A stretch of DNA of 64,000 bases from Thermoplasmata archaeon (lineage in GTDB: Archaea; Thermoplasmatota; Thermoplasmata; Lutacidiplasmatales; UBA184): positions 23,545 to 87,544 of the forward strand of contig JAKAOF010000003.1 in the NCBI GenBank assembly GCA_021823345.1. Reading direction: 5' to 3'. How positions within the stretch are numbered: position 1 is the first letter of the stretch; each line of letters begins with the position of its first letter. Below, in pieces: positions 52,792-62,587 of the stretch. The position numbers and the translations under genes are program-made. The notes beneath the pieces are model-generated. The model was not told the origin of the DNA and ran no database searches. It saw only the letters and a program-made list of their open reading frames with translations.

Positions 52792-55153
52792 CGCGGACCG
52801 CCTTCCGGAACCGTTCGATGTCGCTCTTCAAGTCCGGACGCAGCTCCTCGAAACGATGGGCTTCGATCTCCTCTAACCGCTTGAGGGCCCCTTCCCGGTC
52901 CCCCTTCAGCAAGTAGAGCTCGCCCTGTCGGAACAGGACCTCCATCTGATCCGGTTCGAAGCCGACATCCTTGGCCAGCCGGAAGGCCTCCAAGACCTCG
53001 AGCTCCCCTTTGGCAAATTCGGCCCTCTGGCCGTGCAGCCGACCCTGGACCAGATGGACCTGGATGAGCCCGAGCTTGTCCCCGACCCGGGTGAGTTGAT
53101 CGCGTGCCTGTTGGTTCAGGTCCTGCGCCCGCTCCGAGTCCCCGACGGATACCAGCACATCGGCAAGATTGAAGAGTGCCCACCCCGTAAGTCGCGCATC
53201 GTGGGCCGACTGCGCCTCGTGGAGCGCCTCTTCGAGATATCGCAGGGCGTCCCCCATGAGCCCGCGCTCCGTGAACCAAAGCCCGAAGTTCATGAGGGCG
53301 GTCGCAAGCAGGGCAGGGTTCTCAAGGTCCCGTAGCACCGAGATCGCCTCGAGGTAGGTGGAGGAGATGCTCTCCTCGTCGGTCGCATCGAGCACCCGCT
53401 TCTTGTCGGCCAGCATGAGACGGGCGATCGCGGCATCGGCCTTCATCCCGGCCTGGGTGAGGAAGGGGATGGCCTGACCATAGTGCTCGGCGGCCTGGGC
53501 GAACTGCCCCCGATAGGTGGCAATGCTGCCCATCATCCGATGGGCCATGCCGATGATCGCCGGGTCCTGCCCCCCCCGGTTCGTGGAGAGCGTGCTCTGC
53601 ACCACTTCCTCGGCCTCCTTCCAACGTCCGGCATGCATGAGGAGCCGGCCGTAGTAGAGGGTGATCAGCCCGGGCGCCAGATTCGACTTGAGGAGCGCCA
53701 GGCCGCGTTCCACTTCCCCGATGACATCGAGGGAAAGCGCCAGATCGATGAGCATGGCCTCCTCCGCCTTCCGGTCCTTCGTGGGCAGTTCCCGCAACGC
53801 CTGCAGGGCCTGTTCGAGGTAGTGCACCTGGGCATCCCCATCTCGAGACTTCTTGGCGAGGTCCGCCGCGAGCCGATTGTACTGAAGGGACTTGTTGGGG
53901 TTCCGAGCGGCGTGATAATGATTGGCGAGCTCGAAGGCCACGAGGGGATTGCTGCCCTCCAAGGCCTCGGTCGCGGCGGCGATCTTCCCATGCAGGATCC
54001 GGCGATGTCGCTCGGTGAGGTAATTGAAGGACTCCATCCAGAGATCGTCGCTCGCAAACTCGTAGACCTCGGTGGAGCGCTCCTTGAGGACCCCCTTCTG
54101 GATGAAGGCATCCACGAGCTCGGTCAGCTTCTCCTCGTCACCGCCGATGGAGTGGTAGAGGGTGTGGAACTTGAACGTACGGCCCGCCACGGTCGCGTAG
54201 GCGAGCACCTTGCGCTCGGATGCATTGAGACCGGTCAGCACGGACTCGGTCCGCGCCTGGGCCGGGGTCTCTCCCGAGCGGGCGACCGGCACGCCCCCGA
54301 TGCGCGCGAGTTGCTCGAGGATGAGGGGGTTGCCGCCCGAGACGGCATACCACTCCCGGACGGTCGCTTCGGTCGGACGAAGTCCCCGGCGGGTGTGCGA
54401 GAGGAACTCCTTGGTCTCGACCTCGGTAAGATTGCGCACCGTCAGTTTTCGGACGAGCCCTTCTCGGCTCATCGTGTTGATCGCGGAGGAAAGCCGCTCG
54501 GGGACCTCCTCCTCCGGGCGAGAAGTGGCGAGGATCTTGATGTTCCGTCCCTTGGCCCGCCGGGCGTAGTACTCCAAGAACTCGATGGAAGCCCGGTCGG
54601 CGTAGTGCAGGTCGTCCAGCAGGAGCAGGAACTTCTTGTCCCCAGCGGCTTCCTCCAGGTGGTCCGCCAGTCGGTCGAAGAGGGCCATCTGCTCCTCTTC
54701 CTCATCGGTCTCCCGTCCCGAGAGCGTGGCAAGCAGACGGGACTCCCGCTCCTCGGGAGACTCCGCCGAGAGGCCCAGCGGAAGGAGGAGCATGGGAATG
54801 GACTTGCGGTCCCGGGCATAGGCTCCGACCAATCCCACCGATGCAGGGGTACCGGTCGTCGAAGGCGCCACGACGTCCCCCGCGGTAATGTCCATGAGCG
54901 AGTGAAGGACCCGTTGGAGGAGGTAGAAAGGCTGCGGGATCTCCGAGGCCTGGGTTTGACCGGAGAGGACGAAGAGGCCGTTGCCCCGAGCCTCCTGCCC
55001 CACGTGACGAAGGAGGTAGGACTTGCCCACCCCCTCTCCCCCCAGCAGGAGCATCACCGGGGGTCCCCCGAGGATGGGAGCGTAGAGGAACCGGCGGAGT
55101 TCCTCCACCTGCTCGGTTCTTCCGATCACTCCAGGGTGCTGTCTCGCAGACAT
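52781..55153 (-). CDS. STAND-like P-loop NTPase fused to C-terminal TPR repeats (MalT-N-terminal-like, no HTH)
   Basis: LLLGGEGVGKSYLL (Walker A), LLLLDDLHYAD (Walker B), then about 400 aa of TPR-like helical repeats (ALRYLEEALHEAQSAHDARLTGWALFNLADVL...). Confidence 0.65.
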   Translation of the reverse strand: MSARQHPGVIGRTEQVEELRRFLYAPILGGPPVMLLLGGEGVGKSYLLRHVGQEARGNGLFVLSGQTQASEIPQPFYLLQRVLHSLMDITAGDVVAPSTTGTPASVGLVGAYARDRKSIPMLLLPLGLSAESPEERESRLLATLSGRETDEEEEQMALFDRLADHLEEAAGDKKFLLLLDDLHYADRASIEFLEYYARRAKGRNIKILATSRPEEEVPERLSSAINTMSREGLVRKLTVRNLTEVETKEFLSHTRRGLRPTEATVREWYAVSGGNPLILEQLARIGGVPVARSGETPAQARTESVLTGLNASERKVLAYATVAGRTFKFHTLYHSIGGDEEKLTELVDAFIQKGVLKERSTEVYEFASDDLWMESFNYLTERHRRILHGKIAAATEALEGSNPLVAFELANHYHAARNPNKSLQYNRLAADLAKKSRDGDAQVHYLEQALQALRELPTKDRKAEEAMLIDLALSLDVIGEVERGLALLKSNLAPGLITLYYGRLLMHAGRWKEAEEVVQSTLSTNRGGQDPAIIGMAHRMMGSIATYRGQFAQAAEHYGQAIPFLTQAGMKADAAIARLMLADKKRVLDATDEESISSTYLEAISVLRDLENPALLATALMNFGLWFTERGLMGDALRYLEEALHEAQSAHDARLTGWALFNLADVLVSVGDSERAQDLNQQARDQLTRVGDKLGLIQVHLVQGRLHGQRAEFAKGELEVLEAFRLAKDVGFEPDQMEVLFRQGELYLLKGDREGALKRLEEIEAHRFEELRPDLKSDIERFRKAVRDGK

Positions 55154-55160
55154 GGACCTC

Positions 55161-56321
55161 TTACACGAAGGGAAGGCGCACCACGCCCGCTGGGACGGTC
55201 TTTCCGCGGATCTCGAGTCCGAGCTGGCGTCCCGGTTCGCGGTACTCGGGGTTGAGATAGGCGAGGGCGATGCCCTGACCCAGGGTGGGGGAAAGCCCGC
55301 CGGAAGTCACGGTTCCGATCCGAGTACCCGCATAGACCACCGGGGTGCCCGTCCGCGGGACCACGCCCTTCTCGGTGACCTTGAGGCCGGTCCATACGGG
55401 GTAATCCCCGGCCTTCTTCTGCTTCTCCAGTGCCTCGCGGCCGACGAAGGGATGGTCGAACGCAAGGAACCGGTCCAAACCGCCCTCCAGCGGCGTGCGG
55501 TCCCGCTGGAAGTCCGTGCCGGAAAGAAGGTAGCCCTTCTCCATCCGGAGGGTGTCTCGGGCGCCCAACCCGCACGGGACCCCGCCCACCTCCACGAGGC
55601 GGTTCCAGACCTCGGCGATCCGTCGGGCCGGGAGGAAGAGCTCGTAGCCCAATTCCCCGGTGTAACCGGTACGGCTGATGAGATTGTTCTCGGTGGCCGC
55701 ATCCGAGAGGGTACCCTCGTACGGGACCGGGGTCCCGTTCACGGCCGAGAACAGGGCACCGGTGTAAAATGAGAGCGAGGAGACCTCGGCCCCCAGCACG
55801 GTGTGCACCATGTCCCGGGACCCGGGACCTTGCACGGCGATGATCCCGAAATCACCGTTCCACAGCTGGATGTCGGTCCCCTTCGGCCGGTGCTGCATCA
55901 GGATCTCGAGGATGCGGGGCGCCATCGAGGCGTTCACCACCAGGAGGAACTCCCGGGGGTCGGATCCCCGGTCGAGCCGCGTGAGCACGGCATCATCCAC
56001 GATGACGCCCGAAGTGTCTAGGAAGAACGAATACTTGCACTGCCCCGTCTTCTGGACGGCGGCGTTGGTGGGGAGCCTCCGGGAAAGGAGCTCCTTCGCC
56101 GTCTCCCCCCGGAGGGTGATGATCCCCATGTGCGACACATCGAAGAGTCCCACCGAGGTCCGAACCGCACGGTGCTCGGCAAGGATCCCGGTCGATTGGT
56201 AGTACAGGGGCATCCTCCAGCCGTGGAAGTCCACCATGTGCCCCCCTCGGAGGACGTGCTCGGATTCGAGCAACGTGCCCTGAGGCGGTGGGGCAGGGGA
56301 GGGCACGCTTTCGCTCGCCAT
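55161..56321 (-). CDS. gcvT: glycine cleavage system T protein (aminomethyltransferase)
   Basis: MVDFHGWRMPLYYQS...GLFDVSHMG...GYTGELGYELF. Start trimmed to the Met 7 bp downstream of the purP stop. Confidence 0.85.
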   Translation of the reverse strand: MASESVPSPAPPPQGTLLESEHVLRGGHMVDFHGWRMPLYYQSTGILAEHRAVRTSVGLFDVSHMGIITLRGETAKELLSRRLPTNAAVQKTGQCKYSFFLDTSGVIVDDAVLTRLDRGSDPREFLLVVNASMAPRILEILMQHRPKGTDIQLWNGDFGIIAVQGPGSRDMVHTVLGAEVSSLSFYTGALFSAVNGTPVPYEGTLSDAATENNLISRTGYTGELGYELFLPARRIAEVWNRLVEVGGVPCGLGARDTLRMEKGYLLSGTDFQRDRTPLEGGLDRFLAFDHPFVGREALEKQKKAGDYPVWTGLKVTEKGVVPRTGTPVVYAGTRIGTVTSGGLSPTLGQGIALAYLNPEYREPGRQLGLEIRGKTVPAGVVRLPFV

Positions 56322-56328
56322 TTTCCCC

Positions 56329-57486
56329 TCAGGTGACGACCTTGGCGAGGGCACCATCGGCGATGGCGGTCCGGACCTCCAGAGCGATCCGACGTCCAGT
56401 GGACATTGGGACGCGCCAGAGGGTGTTGCCGTAGGGATGGCCGAGGGCCATGTGGATGTTCGTGCCTCCACCGATCCGGAGACTGACATCGAAGATGGAG
56501 AACTTCCCGTCCCGGTCGACGGCGGTCTGCAGGCAGAAGGGACCGATGATCCCAGGGTCATAGTTCTCCCGGGCAGCGTCCACGAACTTTTCTCCCATCC
56601 GGAAGGCCTCCTCCAGCAAGGATTCCCGGAGGGTGAGCGAGCCATGTCCGACGACCCGGAACCCGGGGATCCGTTCCTTGTCGGGGAGGGAGAGCTGTTG
56701 GTCCGAAGGCAGTCGGACCAGACCGTCGAGGGAGCTTTCCCGGCGTTCATCGATCCCAAGGAGCTCGAGTCCCTCGAACCGTGGAGCGAGGGGACTGAAG
56801 AAGAAGTTGAGGTTGAAAACGGGGCCGATCACGTACTTCTCGATGCGGGCCTTGGGGAGGTCGCTCTCTCGCACGACCTTCTGCGCCACGAGCGCCCGGG
56901 ACTTCTTTTGGAACTCCTCCGGGGTAGCGCAGGTGAAGAATCCCCGCTCGAGGGGCTTGTCGGCATGGGGGACCTTGACCACGCACAGTCCGTCAATGGC
57001 CGAAGGATCCGGGACCTGGGCCGGGAAGGGGAGACCCGCCTTCTGGAGCAGGCCGTAGTAGTTCTCCTTCTCCTGCCGCTCCTCGAGCTTGAGCATGGCG
57101 CGGGAGCCCAAGATCGGGACCTCAAGGTCCTTCTCGATCGACGAGGCTTCCACGTAGGAAGAAAGGGCACGGTTCGGGACGAGGAGCGCACCCAACTCTC
57201 GCAGCTTGGACTGGGCGTCCTTCTTCAGGATATCTCCGAAGGCGTCATAGACGAGCGCCTGATCGACGCATCCACGGATCGGAACCCCGCTGGGATCCCG
57301 CTCAGACCGAAAGTAATGGGAGTACGTCCGCTCCCGCCCTCGCTGGCAGATCGCGAGCGTTCCGAACCCTTCGGTGACTGCCCCGTCGAAGACGTCCAGT
57401 GCCGAATGCGAGGCCACGGCCGCGATCACGGGCATCTCGGGGTATTCCTTGAGCAACGCCTGTATCTTCGTCCGATCGACAACCAT
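56329..57486 (-). CDS. purP: 5-formaminoimidazole-4-carboxamide ribonucleotide synthetase PurP (archaeal ATP-grasp)
   Basis: MVVDRTKIQALLKEY...IAAVASHSALDV, a PurP-type N-terminus plus an ATP-grasp body. Start trimmed to MVVDR. Confidence 0.8.
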   Translation of the reverse strand: MVVDRTKIQALLKEYPEMPVIAAVASHSALDVFDGAVTEGFGTLAICQRGRERTYSHYFRSERDPSGVPIRGCVDQALVYDAFGDILKKDAQSKLRELGALLVPNRALSSYVEASSIEKDLEVPILGSRAMLKLEERQEKENYYGLLQKAGLPFPAQVPDPSAIDGLCVVKVPHADKPLERGFFTCATPEEFQKKSRALVAQKVVRESDLPKARIEKYVIGPVFNLNFFFSPLAPRFEGLELLGIDERRESSLDGLVRLPSDQQLSLPDKERIPGFRVVGHGSLTLRESLLEEAFRMGEKFVDAARENYDPGIIGPFCLQTAVDRDGKFSIFDVSLRIGGGTNIHMALGHPYGNTLWRVPMSTGRRIALEVRTAIADGALAKVVT

Positions 57487-57575
57487 GACAATCCGAGGGA
57501 TGAGGGAGCAGCATAAAACAATGCCCCAACCCAATCCGAAGACCTCATCTCTTCCGCCCGATTGTCCAGCGCCCG

Positions 57576-58031
57576 ATGCCCTTCGAGATCCAGCTGCGCT
57601 ACACTCCTCCCTTCGCGGCCTACGCCGACCCGGACGAGGCACTTCGGGAGTTCTTGCATTTGGTCGGATACCTGCGCGAGGACGACTCCTCCCCCGGGTC
57701 CGTGGCGTATCGCCTGGTCCGGGAATGCTTCCTGCGGACCCCGGACCGGCCCTGGACCGTGGAAGAGCTGCTCGCCACCCTGCGGACCACCCGTCCCACC
57801 CTGTACCGGCACCTGAACCGGCTCAAGGACCTCGACGTCATCGAGGAATCCTCCCTGGGGAAGGAGGCGGGAACTGCCCGCAAGGGGTACAAGCTGCGCT
57901 ACGGTAACCTGGCGAGGGCCTGGGACTTCACCGAGGCCAACATCGAGAACGTGCTCAAGCGCTACCGGGAGGCGGTGGACCGGATCCAATTCCTCTTGGA
58001 GAACCCGAAGGCCGGACCCGGTCGAAAGTAG
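57576..58031 (+). CDS. winged-helix DNA-binding protein (transcription regulator)
   Basis: TRPTLYRHLNRLKDLDVIEE, a helix-turn-helix recognition-helix pattern. 151 aa. Confidence 0.5.
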   Translation: MPFEIQLRYTPPFAAYADPDEALREFLHLVGYLREDDSSPGSVAYRLVRECFLRTPDRPWTVEELLATLRTTRPTLYRHLNRLKDLDVIEESSLGKEAGTARKGYKLRYGNLARAWDFTEANIENVLKRYREAVDRIQFLLENPKAGPGRK

Positions 58032-58046
58032 CGCACGCGGCGCAAT

Positions 58047-58241
58047 TCACGGCCGGTTGTAGAGCGTCGTCTTGCCGAGGGTCTTCTTGAGCTCCGCCAC
58101 GGTCGGATGTTTGGAGATGTCGCAGGCGTCATTCCCGTAAGTTGCCCCGCAGATGGGACAGGACTTCCGTTTGGACCCCGGGTGGCTCATGATCGACTCG
58201 ACGTCGACCTGCGCAGCGGGGGTGCCCGTCTTCTCGACCAT
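58047..58241 (-). CDS. small putative zinc-ribbon protein
   Basis: KRKSCPICGATYGNDAC. A short ORF, so this is a weak call. Confidence 0.3.
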   Translation of the reverse strand: MVEKTGTPAAQVDVESIMSHPGSKRKSCPICGATYGNDACDISKHPTVAELKKTLGKTTLYNRP

Positions 58242-58535
58242 GGAACACTTGCCCCATCCCCCACGGGAAATCACACTTCAACCTAGCGGACAGCGGGAAG
58301 CGACACGCCATGTCCCGCCCGGGGTGGGTCCGGGAAGTACGCTCGGTCGCCCTGATTCCCGAAAATGGGGGGTAACGACCCGCGGGTCCGCTTCCCGTGG
58401 CCGGGAGGAGGTGATAAGGACCCTTGGGCTATTCTTACCTTTGTGCCGCCTCGAAAAGCGCCGGGGAATCAGGGCAGGATTCTGGCATTGGGGGGAAACC
58501 TTCGGAGCCTGCGACTCCCGATCTCCACGGCGCGG

Positions 58536-59042
58536 ATGACGCTCCGGATACCGGAACCCTCCGATGCCGAAGCGGTGTACCGTGCGTTGCACGATGCGAA
58601 GATGGGCCGGTTCGTCCGGCGCCCTTCCCCCTACCGGCGGCTCGACGCGGATGCGTTCGTTCGCGTGACCCGGCGGAAGATGCAGAAGGGGGAATTCCTC
58701 AGCCTTCTGGGCTTCGAGAGAGCGTCCTCGGAGCTCCGGGTCGCGGTAGGGTTGCACAGCATCGATTGGGCGAATCGCCACGCCGAAATCGGTTACTGGG
58801 TACCCCGAGCCCACTGGGGGAAAGGGTGGGCCACGGAGGCGGTCACCGCCGTCTGCCAGGAGGCCTTCCGTCGCCTCCCCATCCATCGGATCGAGGCGAC
58901 GGTATCCTCAGGGAACGTGGCGTCCGCCCGGGTGCTCGCACACGTGGGGTTCGTGAAGGAAGGCACCCGGAGAGAATCCAAGCTCCGGGGTACTTCCTGG
59001 TGTGACTCCGACCTCTACGGACTCCTGAAGCGAGAACTCTGA
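58536..59042 (+). CDS. GNAT-family N-acetyltransferase (RimL/RimJ-like)
   Basis: RIGYWVPRAHWGKGWATEAV...HRIEATVSSGNVASARVLAHVGFVKEG, the acetyl-CoA-binding motifs A/B. Confidence 0.8.
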   Translation: MTLRIPEPSDAEAVYRALHDAKMGRFVRRPSPYRRLDADAFVRVTRRKMQKGEFLSLLGFERASSELRVAVGLHSIDWANRHAEIGYWVPRAHWGKGWATEAVTAVCQEAFRRLPIHRIEATVSSGNVASARVLAHVGFVKEGTRRESKLRGTSWCDSDLYGLLKREL

Positions 59043-59210
59043 ACGGTCGCCATCCGGGAGCGCGACCCCCCACGGAGGGTGGGTCCTCCGGGGGCCCCGG
59101 GTGGCCGGACCCGGGTCGGACAAAAGTGAAACCTCGGAAAGGGTTCTTTGAGAGGTACGGCGGGACCCCAGTCTGTCGGAGGGGAGGAACGGTCGAGAAG
59201 ATCTGGGCGC

Positions 59211-59413
59211 TCAGTGGAAGATGAATACTTCCCGAGTGTACTTGACCTCGAGCTCGTTGAGGATCGACTGGACCCGGTCGGCCCAAAGCGGGTCCGTGAT
59301 GACGGACGGGCCGTCGAACGCAACGTGGCGTCGCACCCAGACGTCGTGCGCGACACGTTCCGTGGCTTCGCTCAGTTTCGGATCACGTCGGTCCATCGTG
59401 AACCAGACAGACA
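59211..59413 (-). CDS. hypothetical small protein (67 aa)
   Basis: GC3-rich ORF (MSVWFTMDRRDPKLSEATERVAHDVWVRRHVAFDGPSVITDPLWADRVQSILNELEVKYTREVFIFH). It looks more protein-like than the overlapping plus-strand ORF. Confidence 0.35.
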
Positions 59414-59537
59414 TGTTTGCTGACCTCAATAGGAGAACTCCCGGGCAGGGCTTGAACCCTTGGCATCTTCCAACGGCTTGGAACGACCGAGAAAGGGAGG
59501 GATAGCAACCGGGCGTATACCCGGCGCCGGAAGAGTC

Positions 59538-60269
59538 CTATGCCCCGACTACTTCGAACCGACCGCGGCTGACGATGAGCGGGTGGAAGGAGCGTTTGTG
59601 GGAGGTCTTCCGCATCTTGACCACGCCCAACTGCATGTTCACGATGTCCTGGACCCGGTTCGCTTCCATCCGAACGATCCCGTCGACGAGGTAGTCCAAC
59701 GTGGAGCGTCCGAGACCGAAGTCGCTCCCTTCTCCCAGTTCGGAGATGAGGAGGGAGGTCATGCCCAGCTCCTTGAGCTCGCGCATGAAGTGGAACAGGT
59801 CGACCCGGGGGTTCTCCTTGTTGTTGAGAGAGAGCAAGGCATTGACCGAATCGAGGACGAAGATCCCGACGGGGAACTCGTTCTTGTAGCTCCGGAGCTG
59901 GCGAAGGACGCTCTTGAACCAGTCGGTGCTGAGGTCGCTCTCGCCGGACTCGGCAAGGAAGTGCCGGAGTTCGCCGAGGTCGACGATGGCGAGCTTGTCC
60001 TGCAGGTCGACCTGGCCCGTGCGGGACATCCCGAGCTCGGTCATCTGCTCCTCGAGGTCCGGCCGGGACTGTTCGAGGGTCATGTAGAGCGCGTGGGTGC
60101 CGCGGCGCACGGCGTTCTGATAGAGGATGGCGTAGGTGAGGGTGCTCTTCATCGTACCCGCGGTCCCCTCGACGACGACCGTCGCTCCCCGGGGGATTCC
60201 CCCGTTAAGGATGTTGTCGAGCCCGGAGATGTAGGTGGGTATGCGCTGGACCCCTTCCTGTCCCGTCAT
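59538..60269 (-). CDS. KaiC-like RecA-superfamily ATPase (single domain)
   Basis: IPTYISGLDNILNGGIPRGATVVVEGTAGTMKSTL (Walker A) and GIFVLDSVNAL (Walker B). 243 aa. Confidence 0.85.
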   Translation of the reverse strand: MTGQEGVQRIPTYISGLDNILNGGIPRGATVVVEGTAGTMKSTLTYAILYQNAVRRGTHALYMTLEQSRPDLEEQMTELGMSRTGQVDLQDKLAIVDLGELRHFLAESGESDLSTDWFKSVLRQLRSYKNEFPVGIFVLDSVNALLSLNNKENPRVDLFHFMRELKELGMTSLLISELGEGSDFGLGRSTLDYLVDGIVRMEANRVQDIVNMQLGVVKMRKTSHKRSFHPLIVSRGRFEVVGA

Positions 60270-60529
60270 CTCTTCGGGGTCCTCTTTTCGGAGAGTGAGG
60301 TCAAGACCGCATCGTACACCCGGTTAGCGAGCTCTGGTCCGGCCATCCGGAGGGAAAGCTCCTTGAGATCTTCCGCCAAAATACTGATCTCCTGGCTCGA
60401 GAGTTTCTCGAGCGGGGTCCCGAACTTCTTCTCTTCGGTGCGCAGGATCGTCTCGGCGACATCGCCAAAGACCCAACGGACCCGGTCGGCCACGGAATTC
60501 TGTACTTGCTTTGCTTTCGCCATGGTCAT
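60266..60529 (-). CDS. small hypothetical protein co-transcribed upstream of the KaiC-like gene
   Basis: 87 aa with overlapping stops/starts on both sides (operon of U32 peptidase, small protein and KaiC-like gene). Confidence 0.45.
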   Translation of the reverse strand: MTMAKAKQVQNSVADRVRWVFGDVAETILRTEEKKFGTPLEKLSSQEISILAEDLKELSLRMAGPELANRVYDAVLTSLSEKRTPKR

Positions 60530-61746
60530 GGAGTGCAGGGGGCTTCCGTCTTCATGCTCGGCTCGTAGCGTCGGGCAGAAGGGGTGCTACTTGAGTGGCC
60601 CAGATGAGGAAGGAGCATCGCCACCGGGGGCAGGTTTGCCACGGCAGGGTGGTAGTCGGACAAGGGGACGCCGTTAACCTTGACGACCTTTTGGGCCACG
60701 CCACCACAGTACCCGCACACCTTGCAGGACATGTTCTCGCAGTCGGTGTTGCCGACCCGCTTGAGGAACCCTGCGGGGTACGCCTTGTTATCCATGGACA
60801 CCCCGGCCAATGGGTCCAGGGCCTCCTTGAACTGGTTGATGACGGGGAGAGCCCCTTGTTCCGCGATGCGGGAAACAGCGCTCATCGGCCCCTTGAACTG
60901 CACGTAACTCAGGATGTCGAGCAGGTTCCCCTCCCAGGACTTCTGTTCGTAGGCCCGGGCGACCTTGACCAGCCACTCGGTCGGGCGGTTCCTTCCAGAG
61001 AGCTTGAAACGATGGACTCCGAGGGCCTCGTACGCTTCAAGGTCTTCCGGACGGACGGCGATCGAGTTCACGAGCCGGCCCGGGTCCCGAGCGACCTCGA
61101 CCCCGCACTCCATGATGGGGGCCTCGAACCAGAACTTCGCGTTCCCGGGCTGCGAGCCCAGGGAACTGTTCTGCAGGTGCTGGGCCCGGAAAGGACAGTC
61201 CTTGATGCAGGTCTGGTTCGCAAGGATCTCGACATTGATGTCGGCGGCGACAAGGTTGCGGATCAGCCGGAAGTTCTTGTTCGCCTCCTCGAGGACGATC
61301 ACGGACGCGCCCAGATCCCGGAAGTACTCCGCCTGCCCCACGGTCGTGATGCGGGCGAAGGTCGAAGCGGAAAGGTGCACATCGGGGTATTCTCGGTGCA
61401 GAGCTTCCATGAGGATCGGGATAGCCACGATGAAGCCGTCCACGCCGAGGTCAAGGAGGCGCTGGGCCTCCGCCAAGAACTCCGGGATGAAGTTCGGAGA
61501 ATATTCCTTGAGGCCAAGGTCGTTGCTGTTGAGCGTCACCAGGAACTTTCGGTGCTGGGCGTGGATCTTGGCGATGTGGTCCCGGAACTTCTCATTCGTG
61601 ACGTCCGGCAGGATGTAGGGAGGGCGGCCCCCTCCGGTCAGGCTGACCGGGAACCCGCCAAAAAAGGTCGAAACCGGAAGATTCCGGGTCTGCTCGAGGA
61701 GCGCATCGTCGAAGTTGGTCGCCAAGACGAACTCGTTGGCCGGCAC
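60526..61746 (-). CDS. peptidase U32 family protein
   Basis: TIM-barrel U32 layout (VDGFIVAIPILMEAL, IKDCPFRAQHLQNSS near-signature) with a C-terminal Cys cluster CKVCGYCGG. Confidence 0.7.
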   Translation of the reverse strand: MPANEFVLATNFDDALLEQTRNLPVSTFFGGFPVSLTGGGRPPYILPDVTNEKFRDHIAKIHAQHRKFLVTLNSNDLGLKEYSPNFIPEFLAEAQRLLDLGVDGFIVAIPILMEALHREYPDVHLSASTFARITTVGQAEYFRDLGASVIVLEEANKNFRLIRNLVAADINVEILANQTCIKDCPFRAQHLQNSSLGSQPGNAKFWFEAPIMECGVEVARDPGRLVNSIAVRPEDLEAYEALGVHRFKLSGRNRPTEWLVKVARAYEQKSWEGNLLDILSYVQFKGPMSAVSRIAEQGALPVINQFKEALDPLAGVSMDNKAYPAGFLKRVGNTDCENMSCKVCGYCGGVAQKVVKVNGVPLSDYHPAVANLPPVAMLLPHLGHSSSTPSARRYEPSMKTEAPCTP

Positions 61747-61767
61747 GCCGCAGGGAACAAGTCGGGG

Positions 61768-61776
61768 CTATATAAC
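61768..61776. promoter_or_regulatory. shared TATA element (ctatataac) for divergent U32-operon and PCNA promoters
   Basis: The only AT-rich element in the 72-bp divergent spacer. It lies ~25-45 bp from both start codons. Confidence 0.4.
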
Positions 61777-61818
61777 ATGTGGGAACCGTTTTAACCGCGC
61801 CGGTTCTCCGGCGGAAGG

Positions 61819-62565
61819 GTGATACGATTGTTCAAGGCGCGTGTCAAGATGGAGGTGCTGCGGGAGCTCCTGGAGGTCATCTCCGCCATCGTCAACGAGG
61901 TGAAGTTGTCGGTGACCCCCGAAGGGATCGATGTGAAGGCCGTGGACACTTCCCACGTGGCCATGCTGATCCTGAGCCTGAAGAAGACGGCATTCGAGGA
62001 CTTCTCCGGCGAGCCGGTCGAGATCGGTGTCGATGTGGAGAAGCTCAAGGGCGTCCTGAGGCTGGCGAAGCCCGGGGACGTCATCGACCTCGCCTACGAC
62101 GCCGGAAAGGGGCGCCTGGTCGTAGCCGTTGGGAAGCTTACCCGCCACATGTCGGTCATGGACGTCGCGGGGATCAGCGACCCCAAGGTACCGAGCGTCA
62201 ACCCCCCCTGCAAGGTCGTCATCAAGACCGAGGAACTGCGCCAGGGGATCCGAGGTTCCGAGTCGATCAGCGATCACGTGACCTTGACCCTCGAGCCCGA
62301 TGCGTTCATCATGCATTCCGAGGGCGAGAACGACAAGGTGGACCTCAAGATCAGCAAGGACGCCCTGACCCACCTCGAAGCGAAGGAGGTGGCGAAGAGC
62401 ATGTACCCCCTCGACTTCTTTTCCAGCATGGTCAAGGCCCTCACCTCTGCGGACGAGGTGACGATGTCGATCGGGAATGCCTATCCCCTGAAGCTCGAGT
62501 TCGGCTTTGCCGGCGGGAACGGGGATGGCCGGTTCCTGCTCGCACCCCGGGTCGAAGAAGGCTAA
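61819..62565 (+). CDS. pcn: DNA polymerase sliding clamp PCNA
   Basis: 248 aa with PCNA fold repeats and a PIP-interacting interdomain loop. MIRLFKARV... Confidence 0.9.
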   Translation: MIRLFKARVKMEVLRELLEVISAIVNEVKLSVTPEGIDVKAVDTSHVAMLILSLKKTAFEDFSGEPVEIGVDVEKLKGVLRLAKPGDVIDLAYDAGKGRLVVAVGKLTRHMSVMDVAGISDPKVPSVNPPCKVVIKTEELRQGIRGSESISDHVTLTLEPDAFIMHSEGENDKVDLKISKDALTHLEAKEVAKSMYPLDFFSSMVKALTSADEVTMSIGNAYPLKLEFGFAGGNGDGRFLLAPRVEEG

Positions 62566-62587
62566 CGCGGTTCCTCTTTCCGAGGAA

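Noticed and set aside
58275-58535. C/D-box sRNA or tRNA in the 260-bp gap upstream of the GNAT gene
   Set aside because: I found no RUGAUGA/CUGA pairing in register and no tRNA cloverleaf. It is most likely promoter or 5' UTR for the GNAT gene and the divergent small ORF.
59440-59500. tRNA on minus strand suggested by GGTTCAAGCCC (T-loop-like)
   Set aside because: The flanking sequence does not form an acceptor stem or anticodon arm. The nearby TTCCAA-GCCG-TTGGAA stem has a tetraloop, not a 7-nt anticodon loop, so this is not a tRNA.
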